The notes beneath the pieces were generated by a model. It was not told the origin of the DNA. It ran no database searches and saw nothing but the letters and a program-made list of their open reading frames with translations. This document shows positions 9,202 through 17,430 of a stretch of DNA of 41,724 bases, one piece after another. The translations under genes and the position numbers were made by a program. How positions within the stretch are numbered: position 1 is the stretch's first letter; the number at the start of each line of letters is the position of its first letter. The DNA comes from Gemmatimonadales bacterium (GTDB lineage: Bacteria > Gemmatimonadota > Gemmatimonadetes > Gemmatimonadales > GWC2-71-9): assembly GCA_036443495.1 (NCBI GenBank), contig JAZFYL010000092.1, forward strand, positions 1 to 41,724. Reading direction: 5' to 3'.

Positions 9202-9738
9202 ATGTCGAAGCAGTGGTTTTCCGTGGGACTCGTGGTGATGGTGTTGGGAACCGCCACCGCGATGATGGTTCGGTATTCGCCGGGCAGTCCGGTTTCCGTG
9301 GGAGAACGCGCGCCGGACTTTCGCCTGGTGGCGTTGTCGACTGGGGACACGGTTTCCCTCCGGGACGAGTACGCCGGCAGCGTCACCTTGGTCAACATCT
9401 GGGCGACCTGGTGCGCCCCGTGTCGGTTGGAAATGCCCTCCATGCAGACGGCTTTCGTGGACCTGGAAGATCGCGGGTTCCGCATCGCCGCGGTCAGCAT
9501 CGACGACAGTGACAGCGAATCCGTTCTTGCCTTCGGTGAAGAGTTGGGCCTGACATTCGACCTGTTGCACGATCAGAGCATGGAAATCCAGCGCATCTAT
9601 CAGACGACCGGTGTCCCGGAGAGCTTCCTGCTCGACAAGAACGGGATCATCGTCAAGCGCGTGATCGGGTGGCATGACTGGAGCGCCCCAGCGAATCGCG
9701 GCCTGATCGAACGCCTGCTGGATCAACCCGAGTCGTAG
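9202..9738 (+). CDS. TlpA/ResA-family thiol:disulfide oxidoreductase, membrane anchored
   Basis: N-terminal TM, APDF.L, LVNIWATWCAPCR.EMP, GVPESFLLD..G. Confidence 0.92.
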   Translation: MSKQWFSVGLVVMVLGTATAMMVRYSPGSPVSVGERAPDFRLVALSTGDTVSLRDEYAGSVTLVNIWATWCAPCRLEMPSMQTAFVDLEDRGFRIAAVSIDDSDSESVLAFGEELGLTFDLLHDQSMEIQRIYQTTGVPESFLLDKNGIIVKRVIGWHDWSAPANRGLIERLLDQPES

Positions 9739-9800
9739 CCGGGCCACTCTTCCCACCACGACACGCTCAGAGCCCTCCCCACCCCGTTCCACAAGGCTTC

Positions 9801-10838
9801 ATGTCCTACATCCTCGGCATCGAAACGAGCTGCGATGAGACCTCAGCAGCCGTCCTGCGGCCGGATGGACCTGACCCCTTGCTGAGCCTGGTTATCCTGT
9901 CGCAGGACATTCACCGGGTCTTCGGCGGCGTGGTGCCCGAACTGGCGAGCCGCGAGCACCTGAAGACCATTACCGCGGTGGTCGATCGCGCCATCGAGGA
10001 CGCCGGAATTACCGCCGAGGACCTGAGCGGGGTGGCCGTCACCGCGGGGCCGGGGCTGGTCGGCGCGCTCCTGGTGGGCGTGATGTACGGCAAGACACTG
10101 GCGTTTGCCTTGGGTAAGGCGGTGCTCGGAGTGAACCATCTCGAGGGCCACCTGTTCGCGCCCACGATCGAGCACCCCACTCTCACACCTCCGTTCGTGA
10201 GTCTGCTGGTGAGCGGAGGTCACACGATGCTCCTCGACGTGCGGGGTTGGGGCGACTACCGTTTGCTGGGGCAAACGCGGGACGACGCTGCCGGGGAGGC
10301 GTTCGACAAGGTGGCCAAGCTACTGGGGCTGGGGTATCCCGGCGGGGCCGCGATCGAAAAACTAGCGGCGACGGGCGATCCTTCCCGGTTCCAGTTTCCC
10401 AGACCCATGCTCAAGAACCTGGGACACCCCGGGGAGGGGCAGTACGCCTTTTCGTTCAGCGGGTTGAAGACCGCCGTGCTTCGCGCGGTCAAGCAAAGCG
10501 AGAACATCGGTGCCGATCGTGCCGACTTGGCGCGCGGGTTCCAGGACGCTGCCCTGGACACTCTGGTGGGGAAGACCGCCCACGCCGCCGAAACGCTAGG
10601 GTACGACCGGGTCACTGTCGGCGGGGGCGTGGCCTGCAATCGGGCCCTGACCGAACGATTGACCGAGCGGCTTGCCGGTCGGGCGACGGTGACCGTGGCG
10701 AGCCCGAGGCTCAATACCGACAACGCGGCGATGATCGCCGCTGTGGGCGCGTGGCGTCTGGGGCGTGGGGAGCGGAGCGGCTGGGACCTCGAACCGTCGG
10801 ACCGGTTGCCGATCCCCGGCCTGTCTTTTTCAGCCTAA
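9801..10838 (+). CDS. tsaD: tRNA threonylcarbamoyladenosine biosynthesis protein TsaD
   Basis: LGIETSCDETS, GGVVPELASREH, NHLEGH, LLVSGGHT, DDAAGEAFDKVA, FSFSGLKTA, TDNAAMIA. Confidence 0.98.
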   Translation: MSYILGIETSCDETSAAVLRPDGPDPLLSLVILSQDIHRVFGGVVPELASREHLKTITAVVDRAIEDAGITAEDLSGVAVTAGPGLVGALLVGVMYGKTLAFALGKAVLGVNHLEGHLFAPTIEHPTLTPPFVSLLVSGGHTMLLDVRGWGDYRLLGQTRDDAAGEAFDKVAKLLGLGYPGGAAIEKLAATGDPSRFQFPRPMLKNLGHPGEGQYAFSFSGLKTAVLRAVKQSENIGADRADLARGFQDAALDTLVGKTAHAAETLGYDRVTVGGGVACNRALTERLTERLAGRATVTVASPRLNTDNAAMIAAVGAWRLGRGERSGWDLEPSDRLPIPGLSFSA

Positions 10839-10854
10839 AGGGAACCAAAACGGC

Positions 10855-11694
10855 ATGACGATATACCCCATCATTTTTAGCGTGGGTCCGCTGCAGATCA
10901 CCGGCTACGGGATCATGATGATGATCGGCTTCCTGATTGGAGGCTGGCTCATCGGTCAAGAGTTGAAACGGCGTGGTTGGAAGGAAGACTATGCCGGCGA
11001 AATCGTCGTGGCCGCGGTGATCGGAGGCATCGTCGGCGCGAAAGTATGGTACGCGATCCTCATGCAGGACGCCGGTGCCCTCTTCTCCCGTGGTGGCATG
11101 GTCTGGTACGGCGGATTCCTCGGTGGCGCCCTGGGGGTGTACCTCAACGGGCTTCGTCTCAAGGTACCGACCCGCTGGACGGCGCAGTTGGTGGCTTCGC
11201 CGCTGGCGGCGGCCTATGCCCTCGGCCGTGTCGGCTGCTTCCTGGTGAACGACGACTACGGGCGACCGACGGATGTCGCTTGGGGAATGAAGTTCCCGCA
11301 GGGGCTGCCTCCCTCGACGGCCGGGAACATGGAACGGCTGTTCGGGATCGCCATGCCGGAGGGCATGGCCCCCACCACCGTTCTGGCAGTCCACCCGACG
11401 CAGCTCTATGAGGTGACAGTCATGCTGGCCGCGTTCGCGGTCCTCTGGATGCTGCGTCGCCGAGTGGCGGGCACCGGATGGTTGTTCGGATTGTATCTCG
11501 TCTTTGCAGGGACGGAGCGCTTCTTGGTTGAGTTTCTACGCGCCAAGGACGACCGGTTCTTCGGGCCCTTCACGGTGGCGCAAGTGACCAGCGTCGCCTT
11601 GGTGCTGGCAGGAGCCTACATATGGGCTACTCTCTATCGCCAGAAGGAAGTCGATCCGGGCCCCTATCTCAATGAAGAGCCAACCCAGGCATAG
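10855..11694 (+). CDS. lgt: Prolipoprotein diacylglyceryl transferase
   Basis: P.IFSVGPLQI..YG, GGMVWYGG, GRVGCF...DDYGRPT, HPTQLYE, RF.VEF.R; multiple TM helices. Confidence 0.93.
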   Translation: MTIYPIIFSVGPLQITGYGIMMMIGFLIGGWLIGQELKRRGWKEDYAGEIVVAAVIGGIVGAKVWYAILMQDAGALFSRGGMVWYGGFLGGALGVYLNGLRLKVPTRWTAQLVASPLAAAYALGRVGCFLVNDDYGRPTDVAWGMKFPQGLPPSTAGNMERLFGIAMPEGMAPTTVLAVHPTQLYEVTVMLAAFAVLWMLRRRVAGTGWLFGLYLVFAGTERFLVEFLRAKDDRFFGPFTVAQVTSVALVLAGAYIWATLYRQKEVDPGPYLNEEPTQA

Positions 11695-11702
11695 GGGTAG
11701 GG

Positions 11703-13838
11703 CTAGGACGGCATCGATTGCGCACGATCGGTCATTTGCTGCTTGATGCGGGCAATCTCGGCCCGGATTTCCGCCAAATCGGCGTCGATCCGCTCGAGCG
11801 ACCGCACCAGGTTACGATCGTCTTCCATGAGATCCGCTAACGGCGTTCGGGGTACCGGCGTGTGCTTGACGGGCTCGGGATCCGGGATCATCACGGACGT
11901 CACTTTGAGTCGCCGTGGTTCGATCACGAAACTCCACAGGAGCCCGATGCCAAACAGAACCATGAGCAGGCCCTGAACTAGAAACCCTTCGAGCGTGCGG
12001 TAGATCCCCAAGGCGGGTAGTTCCGGAGCCCAGGACAGGTAGGTGGCGCTCACCAGTCCCGCACCCTGCAACTCCAGCACACCCTTCCCGGCAAACACGA
12101 AGGCCATGTAGTACAGGAACGCGCCAGTCACACCGAAGAAGGGCTTGAGCGGAATCCGCACGCCGAAACGGCTGATCGCCAGATAGAGCAGGCCCAGTGC
12201 GACGCTCGCCACGAGCATACCGCCTACGACCGGCAACACCGCCCCCCCCCCGCTTACGTCGCTCGAAACCAGTAACGCCTTGTAGAAGAGGACCGTCTCG
12301 AACCCCTCCCGGTAGACCGCCAGGAACGCGACCATCGGCAACGCCAGCAGTGACCCGCCGGCGAGCGCCAGACGGACCTTGCCCGTTACGAAGCGGTTCC
12401 AACGGGCCACTTCCATTTTCGAGAGCAGCCAATAGCTGACATAGAACAACACCGCCGCGGCCACGAGCATCGTGACCCCTTCGAGCAGTTCCTGTTGCGC
12501 GGTGCTGATGTGGAAGATGGTCTCGATGAGGACCGCAGTGAGCAGACTTGCCGCCACGGCCGCCACAACTCCGATGTATACGTCCCGCTTCCGCTCCCCC
12601 GCCCCGGTCCTCACCAGGAACGCGATGAGTGCGCCGATGATGAGAATCGCCTCGACACCCTCGCGCAGCAGAATCACGAACGACTGAAAGAACAGTTCCA
12701 ACCTCGAGGTGGGCTCACCCAGTACCTGCCGTGCGATCCCGAGTTGACTCGACAGCTCCCCTCTGAGTGACCGGAGTTCGAGCGGAGGCGTGGCCGCCGA
12801 CACCGCACCCCGGAAGGTCGCGAAAGCACCCTCCAGCCCGGAGGCCAAACCTGGATTGCGGGCGCGCACCGCCGGCTCGACCGCTTCGAACGTGACGTAG
12901 GCAATCAACACCATGTTCCCCGCCTCGTCCGGGTGCCCGTTCATGGCGAGAGTGTAGGCGCTATCGATCTGAATCCCGACCAGGGCCAGGGTTGCGGTCG
13001 CTCGCTCCACGGCGGTCACCGGGCCCGGATGGGCGCGCACGGCGGCGATGGCAGCCATGTTGGAGCCAGAGCCGTGCAAGGCTAATTCGCGACGCAGGTC
13101 TTCGTCGCTCAGTCGCGCGGTCCGCTCGAACAGCCAGAGATGCGGTGGGATCTCGCCCCCCCCCCCGGCCCGCGGCCCGGGAAGTCTCAGCGTACTGGCA
13201 TACAGCGCCACGGCCCAGCGGGCGTCCTCGTCGAGCACCTCTTCGTACGGCACCATCGCCGTACCGGCCACGCCAATGGTGATCCGTCGGTAGAAATCGA
13301 GCGGCGTTCGGTCGGCCAGACCCAACGCATCCGTCAGGTCGGCTGGCGGTGGATCCAGGCCCGTCGCCGTGGGGCCGTCGCCGATCCCGGCCGCTCCATG
13401 GCACGACGCGCATTGCTGTTGGTAGATCTGTCCGCCCCTGGCAAGCGACGGTGTGGATGGGGGAACCATATCCAGCGGGATCCCCATGGCCTCGGACAAG
13501 GAAGTAGTCAGATGGCCAACGTACGCGGCGACCACCTCGGGATCCTCGACGGCATGCACGAGAGTCAAGACGGAATCGAGCTGAGTTCTGGCGCGGGCCC
13601 GGGCGGGGACGGGCAATCCGTCGGCGGCTCGGATCGCCTCCTGCAGGAACATCACGGCCTCATCGACCTCGGCTTGCGCCACCACCCGGCCATCCTGGAC
13701 GCCGAGGCGGTATTCCTGAGCGGCTAAGATGGCCGTGGCGGTCAACCGCCGGAGCGCGGCCGACGGGTCATCCTGCGCTGGTGAAATGCTGATAACGGCA
13801 AGCGCAACGGCCAAGCCGTGGATGAGAATCATTTTCAA
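11703..13838 (-). CDS. Cytochrome c / FTR1-family iron (or lead, PbrT-like) permease fusion
   Basis: Signal peptide, CASCH heme-binding motif with PPPADL, two REGxE motifs (LREGVEA, YREGFET) in the multi-TM C-terminal half; start TTG 13838 or ATG 13832. Confidence 0.92.
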   Translation of the reverse strand: MKMILIHGLAVALAVISISPAQDDPSAALRRLTATAILAAQEYRLGVQDGRVVAQAEVDEAVMFLQEAIRAADGLPVPARARARTQLDSVLTLVHAVEDPEVVAAYVGHLTTSLSEAMGIPLDMVPPSTPSLARGGQIYQQQCASCHGAAGIGDGPTATGLDPPPADLTDALGLADRTPLDFYRRITIGVAGTAMVPYEEVLDEDARWAVALYASTLRLPGPRAGGGGEIPPHLWLFERTARLSDEDLRRELALHGSGSNMAAIAAVRAHPGPVTAVERATATLALVGIQIDSAYTLAMNGHPDEAGNMVLIAYVTFEAVEPAVRARNPGLASGLEGAFATFRGAVSAATPPLELRSLRGELSSQLGIARQVLGEPTSRLELFFQSFVILLREGVEAILIIGALIAFLVRTGAGERKRDVYIGVVAAVAASLLTAVLIETIFHISTAQQELLEGVTMLVAAAVLFYVSYWLLSKMEVARWNRFVTGKVRLALAGGSLLALPMVAFLAVYREGFETVLFYKALLVSSDVSGGGAVLPVVGGMLVASVALGLLYLAISRFGVRIPLKPFFGVTGAFLYYMAFVFAGKGVLELQGAGLVSATYLSWAPELPALGIYRTLEGFLVQGLLMVLFGIGLLWSFVIEPRRLKVTSVMIPDPEPVKHTPVPRTPLADLMEDDRNLVRSLERIDADLAEIRAEIARIKQQMTDRAQSMPS
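13823..13837. promoter_or_regulatory. Fur-box-like 7-1-7 inverted repeat over the permease start codon
   Basis: TGAGAAT-C-ATTTTCA versus Fur consensus TGATAAT-N-ATTATCA (2 mismatches); AT-rich island in front of an iron transporter. Confidence 0.7.
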
Positions 13839-13861
13839 CTCGTTTCACGGAGGTGCAGCCG

Positions 13862-13890
13862 AATCTAGATTGTATTTGTCGGAATTGGAA
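13862..13890 (-). promoter_or_regulatory. Putative sigma70 promoter of the FTR1 permease
   Basis: Minus strand TTCCAA-N17-TAGATT (alternative -10 TACAAT at 13869-13874); overlaps palindrome AATCTAGATT. Confidence 0.4.
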
Positions 13891-13898
13891 GAGTATCC

Positions 13899-14285
13899 TC
13901 AGGCGCGCTCGATGCTTGCCACGGCGCCTGCGGTGTTTTCGGTGTGACTGAGAGAGAGATGAATCGTGAGACCGCCGGACTCCCGGGCCAGGACCGCAGC
14001 GCCACCGAGAAGCCGAATGGAAGGAAAGCCCTCACGGCCCCGGACCACCTCGATATCCTGCCACCCTACACCGCGGCTTCCGGGCAGGGCCTGAAGGGCC
14101 TTGTAGACGGCCTCCTTCGCGGCAATGCGTACTGCCAGATGCTGCGCCGGAAGAGGCTGCTCCACCACATAGGCCCGTTCGTCTTCCGTGAGCAACTTGG
14201 CGTAAACCGCTTCCCCCTTGTCCCGAAGCATGCGCTCCACGCGGACTACCTCGACCAGATCGAGCCCCACACCGACCATGCTCAC
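13899..14285 (-). CDS. acpS: Holo-[acyl-carrier-protein] synthase
   Basis: GVGLDLVE, LAVRIAAKEAVYKAL, WQDIEV, IHLSLSHT; start GTG 14285 (overlapping upstream stop) or ATG 14279. Confidence 0.95.
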   Translation of the reverse strand: MSMVGVGLDLVEVVRVERMLRDKGEAVYAKLLTEDERAYVVEQPLPAQHLAVRIAAKEAVYKALQALPGSRGVGWQDIEVVRGREGFPSIRLLGGAAVLARESGGLTIHLSLSHTENTAGAVASIERA

Positions 14286-15073
14286 AGGTGCTCCCAGAAA
14301 AATTCGGCCGCCGGGCGCAGGACGGCCGGCGGTTCCATGAAACCGCCGAAGACGAGCCCGAGGTACACGGCAGCGGCGACCAGGGCGAGGGTCGCGACCC
14401 ACATGGGCCATTGGGGCCGGCGCCAGCGCCGTACGTTGTCGATCTCCACGGCCCAGCGCTGTTGTTCTCTGACGACCGCCTCTTCCAAATCGATCCAGGC
14501 CGCTTCCAACCTGCGGGCGGAGAGATCCAGCGCGGCGTTCCATTGGGTCAGGAGGGCACCACCTGTATCGGGTCGCTCGAGCAGTGCCGCAACCGCCTGG
14601 TCGAGGCTTTCGAGAACCTGTTCCAGGCGACCGGTGCCCTTCCCCAGGTGAGCGGTGATGGCGAGACGCTCGGCCTCGGTCGGGAGCCAGCGTTTGAGTA
14701 GCGGTGTCGGCATCCTCGAGATACAGGCGGCATCGTGGAACTGCTGTTCCAGCCGGTCGATCAGCGCCGCACTGGCGGCCGATACGGCACGACCCCAGGC
14801 GGACATCCACAAGCTGCCGTCGATGGCTCGGACAGCCTCCTCGGTCTCATCGGCTTCCACGCGATCCCGTGCCTGCCCCGCAGCTTCGAAGAGGTCGGTG
14901 GCCAAGGCCAGCCTGATGCCGTCGAGGGGCGGGTCTGACACGTGGCCGGCCCTGGTGGATGCAACCCGCCCGAGCAGGCCACCAAACTCCGGCACGGTGA
15001 GAGCCGTCTCTGACGCACCGGTCACGGGATGCAGGCCCGGGCTTGGGTTGGTTGAATCACGCGAAGATGGCAT
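14282..15073 (-). CDS. Hypothetical alpha-helical protein with C-terminal transmembrane anchor
   Basis: Fills the gap between HAD gene and acpS in operon orientation; Ala/Leu/Glu-rich helices, RRWRRP then ~20 hydrophobic residues; start uncertain (GTG at 15025 plausible). Confidence 0.75.
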   Translation of the reverse strand: MPSSRDSTNPSPGLHPVTGASETALTVPEFGGLLGRVASTRAGHVSDPPLDGIRLALATDLFEAAGQARDRVEADETEEAVRAIDGSLWMSAWGRAVSAASAALIDRLEQQFHDAACISRMPTPLLKRWLPTEAERLAITAHLGKGTGRLEQVLESLDQAVAALLERPDTGGALLTQWNAALDLSARRLEAAWIDLEEAVVREQQRWAVEIDNVRRWRRPQWPMWVATLALVAAAVYLGLVFGGFMEPPAVLRPAAEFFWEHL

Positions 15074-15758
15074 CGATCACCGATGAGGTGTCGACCAGAT
15101 TCTCGACTACGAAGTACGCGCCGGCGGCCGACAGCTCCTCGGACGAATAGTTCCCCGTTGCCACGGCAATCGCACGGACGCCCAAGGATTGTCCGCAGGT
15201 CACGTCGGCGGGGGTATCGCCGATGATGACGATCTCCTCCCCCGTGGGGATACGGCCGAAGAAGGGCTCCGCTCGCTGAGCGGCGATCGGTGGAAGGTCC
15301 GGCCGATTGGCGGAGTCCGATCCGAAGGCCCCGACCGCGAACCGTTCCGGGTCGATGCCCACCGACCGCAACTTGAGCGCAGCCCCACGGACCAGATTAC
15401 CCGTCACGAGGCCCAGCGTCACCCGCTCGTCATCGTCGAGCAGATCGAGCAACTCCGTGGCTCCCGGCATGAGGGCCGGCCGCGGGCCGTCGGGCGAAAC
15501 CAGTTCGGCTTCCAGCAGCTCCAGATACTGCTCGGCCATGGGTTCGACCAGCGCATCGCGCGACGGTTCGTCGTGGCCCGCTTCTCGGAGCAACTCGACG
15601 ATGATCTGCGGGTCTGTCTTGCCGTCGAACCTGACCCGGCCGAATACGGCCGGGTCCCCGATCTTTTCCGATAGCACGGTTATCAGCGCCCTCCGGCCGG
15701 CGCCATTGGAAATCAACAGGGTGCCATCGATGTCGAACAAGACCAGCTTCTGTGTCAT
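15057..15758 (-). CDS. HAD-superfamily hydrolase (phosphoglycolate phosphatase-like)
   Basis: LVLFDIDGTL motif I, GKTD, LVTGN motif II, IIGDTPAD motif IV. Confidence 0.92.
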   Translation of the reverse strand: MTQKLVLFDIDGTLLISNGAGRRALITVLSEKIGDPAVFGRVRFDGKTDPQIIVELLREAGHDEPSRDALVEPMAEQYLELLEAELVSPDGPRPALMPGATELLDLLDDDERVTLGLVTGNLVRGAALKLRSVGIDPERFAVGAFGSDSANRPDLPPIAAQRAEPFFGRIPTGEEIVIIGDTPADVTCGQSLGVRAIAVATGNYSSEELSAAGAYFVVENLVDTSSVIDAIFA

Positions 15759-15879
15759 GAGTCCCCGCGGAACGTAAAACACCAAGGGCGCGATGCGTGC
15801 CCCTCACCGCAAGATAATCGCGGACGCAGACACCGTTGCCCGCATGGTTCCAATACCACCTCAAGAACGCCCGTCCAGC

Positions 15880-16059
15880 TCAGGCCTGCCCACCGGCGGC
15901 GCCCGTTCCCTGGCATTCCCGGCACAGTTCGACCCCGCGGAAATTACAGATCAGGCAGACGAAGGTGCCGCACTTGGTGCACGGATAGCCCTCGGAAGCC
16001 CGCTCTTCGCGGCCGCAAGCCCGGCACACCATGGAGTCTTTCTCATGCAGTTCCGTCAT
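15880..16059 (-). CDS. Unannotated 59-aa cysteine-rich zinc-finger microprotein (4 x CxxC)
   Basis: Hand translation: MTELHEKDSMVCRACGREERASEGYPCTKCGTFVCLICNFRGVELCRECQGTGAAGGQA*; AGGAG Shine-Dalgarno 7 nt upstream, overlapping the regulator stop; below the ORF-track cutoff. Confidence 0.85.
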   Translation of the reverse strand: MTELHEKDSMVCRACGREERASEGYPCTKCGTFVCLICNFRGVELCRECQGTGAAGGQA

Positions 16060-16068
16060 GGCTCTCTC

Positions 16069-17415
16069 CTAGAGCTTGATGGAGTAGCGCTTGATCTTGT
16101 TGATCAGGGTGGCCCGGGAAATTGAGAGTTCAGCCGCGGATCGGGTCCGGTTGCCTGAATGGTGACGCAAGGTCCGCTCGATGTGCTGGCGTTCCAGATC
16201 ATCGAGGGTCAGCGGAGTGTGCCGGCGGTCTCCCATGCCATACCGGGCCCGGAATTCACCGGGCAAATGCTCCACCTTGATCTGTTCCTGCCCGCGCCCC
16301 AGAATCATGGCTCGCTCGAGGACGTTGTGCATCTCCCGGATGTTGCCGGGCCAGGCGTAGCTGAGCAAGCGCTCCAGTGCTTCCGGAGCGATCGCGGTCG
16401 GTGCCCCGGACAACTCTCCTGCCAACTCGTCGAGTAGCCGGTTGATCAGCGCCAATTGATCTTCCTGGGGCCGCTCACGCACCGGCGGCAGATTGAGCGG
16501 CATCACGCTCAAGCGATAGTACAAATCCTCCCGCATACGGTCGGCGTCAACCTCGGCCTTCATGTCCTTGCTGGTGCCGGCGATGAGGCGGACGTCCACG
16601 GTGACCTCCCGGGTGCCTCCCATCCGCCGGAAGCTCTTGGTTTCCAGGAGCTTCAGAAGTTTGGGCTGCAACTCCGGGGTCAGGTCGGCGATGTCCTCAA
16701 TGAAAATGGTTCCCTCGTCGGCGATCTCGAACAGGCCCTGTTTCCGATCTCGTGCTCCGGCGAACGCCCCTTTTTCGTGGCCAAACAGCTCGGAGTCCAG
16801 AACGGTGGCCGATAACGCGCCACAGACTACCTCCACGAACGGCGCCTTGCACCTCGGACTCATATCGTGAATCAGCCGGGCCACCCAACCCTTCCCGGTC
16901 CCGCTTTCGCCCTGCAGGAGCACGGTGGTCCTCTCACTGAGGGCCAGCAACCCGACTTGGTGAGCGAGATCTTTCATCAATGAGGAAGTCCCCAGGGAGT
17001 CCACTCCATGAGTCGGGGCCCCTTGAGACTGTAGGGCCTGGTTCACCCGACGCAGGCGGGCTTTGTCCGCGACACGCGCCGTCGCCGCCGCCAGGTGATC
17101 CATGGCCACCGGTTTAGTGAGGAAGTTCTCCGCACCCATCTGGATCGCCTGGACCGCCGTCGACACGTCTCCCATGCCGGTCAACAGCACGACGAGCGCA
17201 TCTTGCTCCCGAAGCCGTTCGAGCACCTCCATGCCGTCCATGCCCGGCAACTGGAGGTCCAGGATGACGACGTCGGGCCGGAGCCTTTCATACGTCGCCA
17301 AACCGGCTTCCCCGTTCAGTTCGCGTGTCACTTCATACCCCAACTGCTCCAGGTACTTTCCGATGGACCGCAGGACGTCTACATCGTCGTCGATGAGCAG
17401 AACGGATGCCGCCAT
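16069..17415 (-). CDS. NtrC-family response regulator (REC-AAA+-Fis HTH) with atypical GAFAGA and Walker B
   Basis: LLIDDD, ILDLQLP, FLTKP receiver; GESGTGK Walker A; REDLYYRL; WPGNIRE; C-terminal GNRTRSAAEL.ISRATL HTH. Confidence 0.95.
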   Translation of the reverse strand: MAASVLLIDDDVDVLRSIGKYLEQLGYEVTRELNGEAGLATYERLRPDVVILDLQLPGMDGMEVLERLREQDALVVLLTGMGDVSTAVQAIQMGAENFLTKPVAMDHLAAATARVADKARLRRVNQALQSQGAPTHGVDSLGTSSLMKDLAHQVGLLALSERTTVLLQGESGTGKGWVARLIHDMSPRCKAPFVEVVCGALSATVLDSELFGHEKGAFAGARDRKQGLFEIADEGTIFIEDIADLTPELQPKLLKLLETKSFRRMGGTREVTVDVRLIAGTSKDMKAEVDADRMREDLYYRLSVMPLNLPPVRERPQEDQLALINRLLDELAGELSGAPTAIAPEALERLLSYAWPGNIREMHNVLERAMILGRGQEQIKVEHLPGEFRARYGMGDRRHTPLTLDDLERQHIERTLRHHSGNRTRSAAELSISRATLINKIKRYSIKL

Positions 17416-17430
17416 TATCTACCTCGCTCC

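Noticed and set aside
9739-9800. C-rich gap before tsaD as a repeat or terminator
   Set aside because: No convincing periodicity, and no stem-loop with a U-tract
15786-15879. sigma54 (-24/-12) promoter near the NtrC-like gene
   Set aside because: The GG...GC candidates inspected have 11-12 nt spacing rather than the required 10
15793-16125. 110-aa plus-strand ORF in the HAD-regulator gap
   Set aside because: Antisense shadow of the minus-strand cysteine-rich microprotein, which has an RBS, operon orientation and a clear motif
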